From Bdellovibrionales bacterium (lineage in GTDB: Bacteria; Bdellovibrionota; Bdellovibrionia; Bdellovibrionales; UBA1609), in assembly GCA_027317865.1 (NCBI GenBank), contig DAHVQG010000006.1:110257-174256 (forward strand): a stretch of 64,000 nucleotides of DNA. The letters run 5' to 3'. Under the pieces are notes generated by a model. The model saw only the letters and a list, made by a program, of their open reading frames with translations. It made no database searches and was not told the DNA's origin. A program made the position numbers and the translations under genes. Shown piece after piece: positions 62,376 to 64,000 of the stretch (within the stretch, counting starts at the first letter, position 1; each line of letters begins with the position of its first letter).

Positions 62376-62864
62376 ATGAAAAAGACGAACAAAATTGACC
62401 GACAAGAAATTTTACTTAAAAGACTTCGCGCTGAACGCGAAAAACCAGACGCCGAGCTATGGGATGAATATCTAACTAACCTCGAAACACCGCTTAAGGA
62501 GTCGATGGCTTCGCCTAGCCGATTCGAACGCACTCCGCACAACGGTGGGGTGTTTGATAGATCACCCAGTTTGACATCACAAGGCACGACTTCGGCCATT
62601 AACCGTATCCTTTCTGACATGCCCGATCTTCAGCAAAGAATACTTCGGATGACTTTTTGGGACGGCATGACGGAGCCAGAAATTGCATCTGTATTGGGGA
62701 TTTCTCGACGAATAGTAAGTTATCAGAAACACGCGGCTATTCGTGATTTACGACAAAAATGTGGTTCGAAACTCCCTATTAGTGAAGGGGTGATGAGTTT
62801 TTCACCTGACCTTAATCCTAAATCTCAAATCAATAAACCAACAAACGAAGGTGAGGAAAAATGA
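62376..62864 (+). CDS. Sigma-70 region 4-like HTH protein
   Basis: LSDMPDLQQRIL..FWDGMT..EIA..LGIS...V....AIRDLR. Confidence 0.8.
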   Translation: MKKTNKIDRQEILLKRLRAEREKPDAELWDEYLTNLETPLKESMASPSRFERTPHNGGVFDRSPSLTSQGTTSAINRILSDMPDLQQRILRMTFWDGMTEPEIASVLGISRRIVSYQKHAAIRDLRQKCGSKLPISEGVMSFSPDLNPKSQINKPTNEGEEK

Positions 62865-63124
62865 CTGCATTTAATTTATGCGCCAAGGATAGCGACGAAT
62901 TTCGAAACCTTTTAGTCAACCTGGACTTTGCCCTTGGGCACATGTCCTACGGCCAAAAGCTCGCACTATTTCTTCACTATTGGCAACGAAAGAGTGTGCG
63001 TGAGGTGGCAAACGTTTTTGCTATCTCATGGGATAGGGCTGATCGCTTAATCGACGAGTCGCTTGCCGAACTTCGCCAACAACTTTTTATCGCTGACGAC
63101 ATTAAAGAAGCGGAAGGGTTTTAA
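62861..63124 (+). CDS. Small sigma region 4-like HTH protein
   Basis: AL..MS..QK.AL.L.YW...SVREVA....IS...L..LR. Confidence 0.7.
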   Translation: MTAFNLCAKDSDEFRNLLVNLDFALGHMSYGQKLALFLHYWQRKSVREVANVFAISWDRADRLIDESLAELRQQLFIADDIKEAEGF

Positions 63125-63125
63125 C

Positions 63126-63371
63126 ATGGAAAATTTCATGACACATGAAAATTCAAAACGGCGCGATCCAACTCAAGTTGCCGAAGCGCTTTTAAAAACT
63201 ACAAACGCGCTTTGGCACGAGCTCGCGCTTAAATCAAAGCCGTGTCCTGAACGTATCAACCGAGAACTCTTAAAGCTTAAGGTCATTACCAATGAACTGC
63301 GCGCGCAGTTTTCAAAAGCCGAGGCGGCTAAAGTGCTACTCGGTACGCGCCACGAGGAGCGACGGAAATGA
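63126..63371 (+). CDS. Hypothetical protein
   Basis: Abuts the upstream gene and overlaps the next (ATGA). Confidence 0.6.
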   Translation: MENFMTHENSKRRDPTQVAEALLKTTNALWHELALKSKPCPERINRELLKLKVITNELRAQFSKAEAAKVLLGTRHEERRK

Positions 63372-63754
63372 CAAATCAAAATTTGAAATGCGCCGGAGGG
63401 GCCACAATGGAGAATACAAATTATTTACCAACACGTTGTAACGTGACAAACGAAGTGCCCGGTCTTGGTGAGGGACTTCGAAAAATGGGAGACGCCTCTT
63501 GGGACGATTATGGGTTTTATGCCATACGTCTTAATCTCTTCCCACGGGCAAGGTATTTTCTGAAATCTCATCCGGTCAGAATGTACGAGTATGTTTTATA
63601 CTCATATTGTGAAAGTGGGTTTTTAAGTCGTCCGGTTGGACGTGGTGAGCTAATAAGGGGCACGCACTACGTGAAGGTTCAATTTTTTGATGTTGCAGTT
63701 ACGTTTTACATGCAAAACCTGCAACTTTCAAAAATGGAGCGAACCTCGGCATAA
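63368..63754 (+). CDS. Hypothetical protein
   Basis: GAGGAG RBS; operonic position. Confidence 0.6.
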   Translation: MTNQNLKCAGGATMENTNYLPTRCNVTNEVPGLGEGLRKMGDASWDDYGFYAIRLNLFPRARYFLKSHPVRMYEYVLYSYCESGFLSRPVGRGELIRGTHYVKVQFFDVAVTFYMQNLQLSKMERTSA

Positions 63755-64000
63755 AATATTTTTGGTTAAGCCAAGTTAGGGTGTCCGCCAATTATAATTT
63801 GGCCCAAAAAAAAATAGCACTGAAAAACAAAAAAACGACGTGAAGCCATTTTTAAAATTTATGGCTGAGGAGTAGCTATGCGCAAAAATCTCAACTGGGA
63901 GTCGCTTCAAACCTCCCAACAGATATTGGAAAAAGGACGAGGTGCCCGGTTTAGGCGATTTCACAGGTACCGTCGTCGACGATTGACCGGACGGCGACGG

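Larger units (their letters stand above)
42675..64000. mobile_element. Genomic island / integrative element inserted at tRNA-His (right end outside window)
   Basis: Core genes stop at the tRNA; att-like repeats, recombinase, long intergenic gaps, accessory cargo and phage/ICE-like small genes follow. Confidence 0.75.

Noticed and set aside
63878-64000. Gene at the right edge; an alternative frame repeats the EVPGLG motif of 63368-63754
   Set aside because: The RBS-linked ATG is in a different frame from the motif, and the window truncates the evidence.

Overview
Bacterial chromosomal window. Gene content and order, and sigma28/sigma54 promoter use, suggest a Bdellovibrionota-like organism (inference). 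Bases 1-42.5 kb are mostly core genes: lptF, dprA, LysM protein, split comEC, ald, lpxC, ruvCAB, efp, TamB and Omp85 proteins, bioY, gpmA, fadD, M17 peptidase, FKBP, oxyR-ahpC-ahpD and a methionine-salvage operon. A tRNA-His at 42598-42674 is followed by an accessory island that runs off the right edge. It carries att-like repeats, a serine resolvase, secreted and surface proteins, a duplicated Tat beta-helix/FN3 unit, a five-gene signalling operon and small sigma-region-4 genes. Two candidate undescribed systems stand out. (1) A sigma54 circuit: NtrC-type activator, repeat-containing secreted protein, orphan peptide-binding protein, miniature YcaO and hybrid kinase, with four perfect TGGCTA-W4-TAGCCA palindromes upstream of two -24/-12 promoters (its own and a downstream operon). 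(2) An unannotated ~250-nt structured RNA at 24.72-24.98 kb encoding a 41-aa hydrophobic peptide with type I toxin-antitoxin hallmarks. All calls come from reading motifs by eye; no database searches were run.
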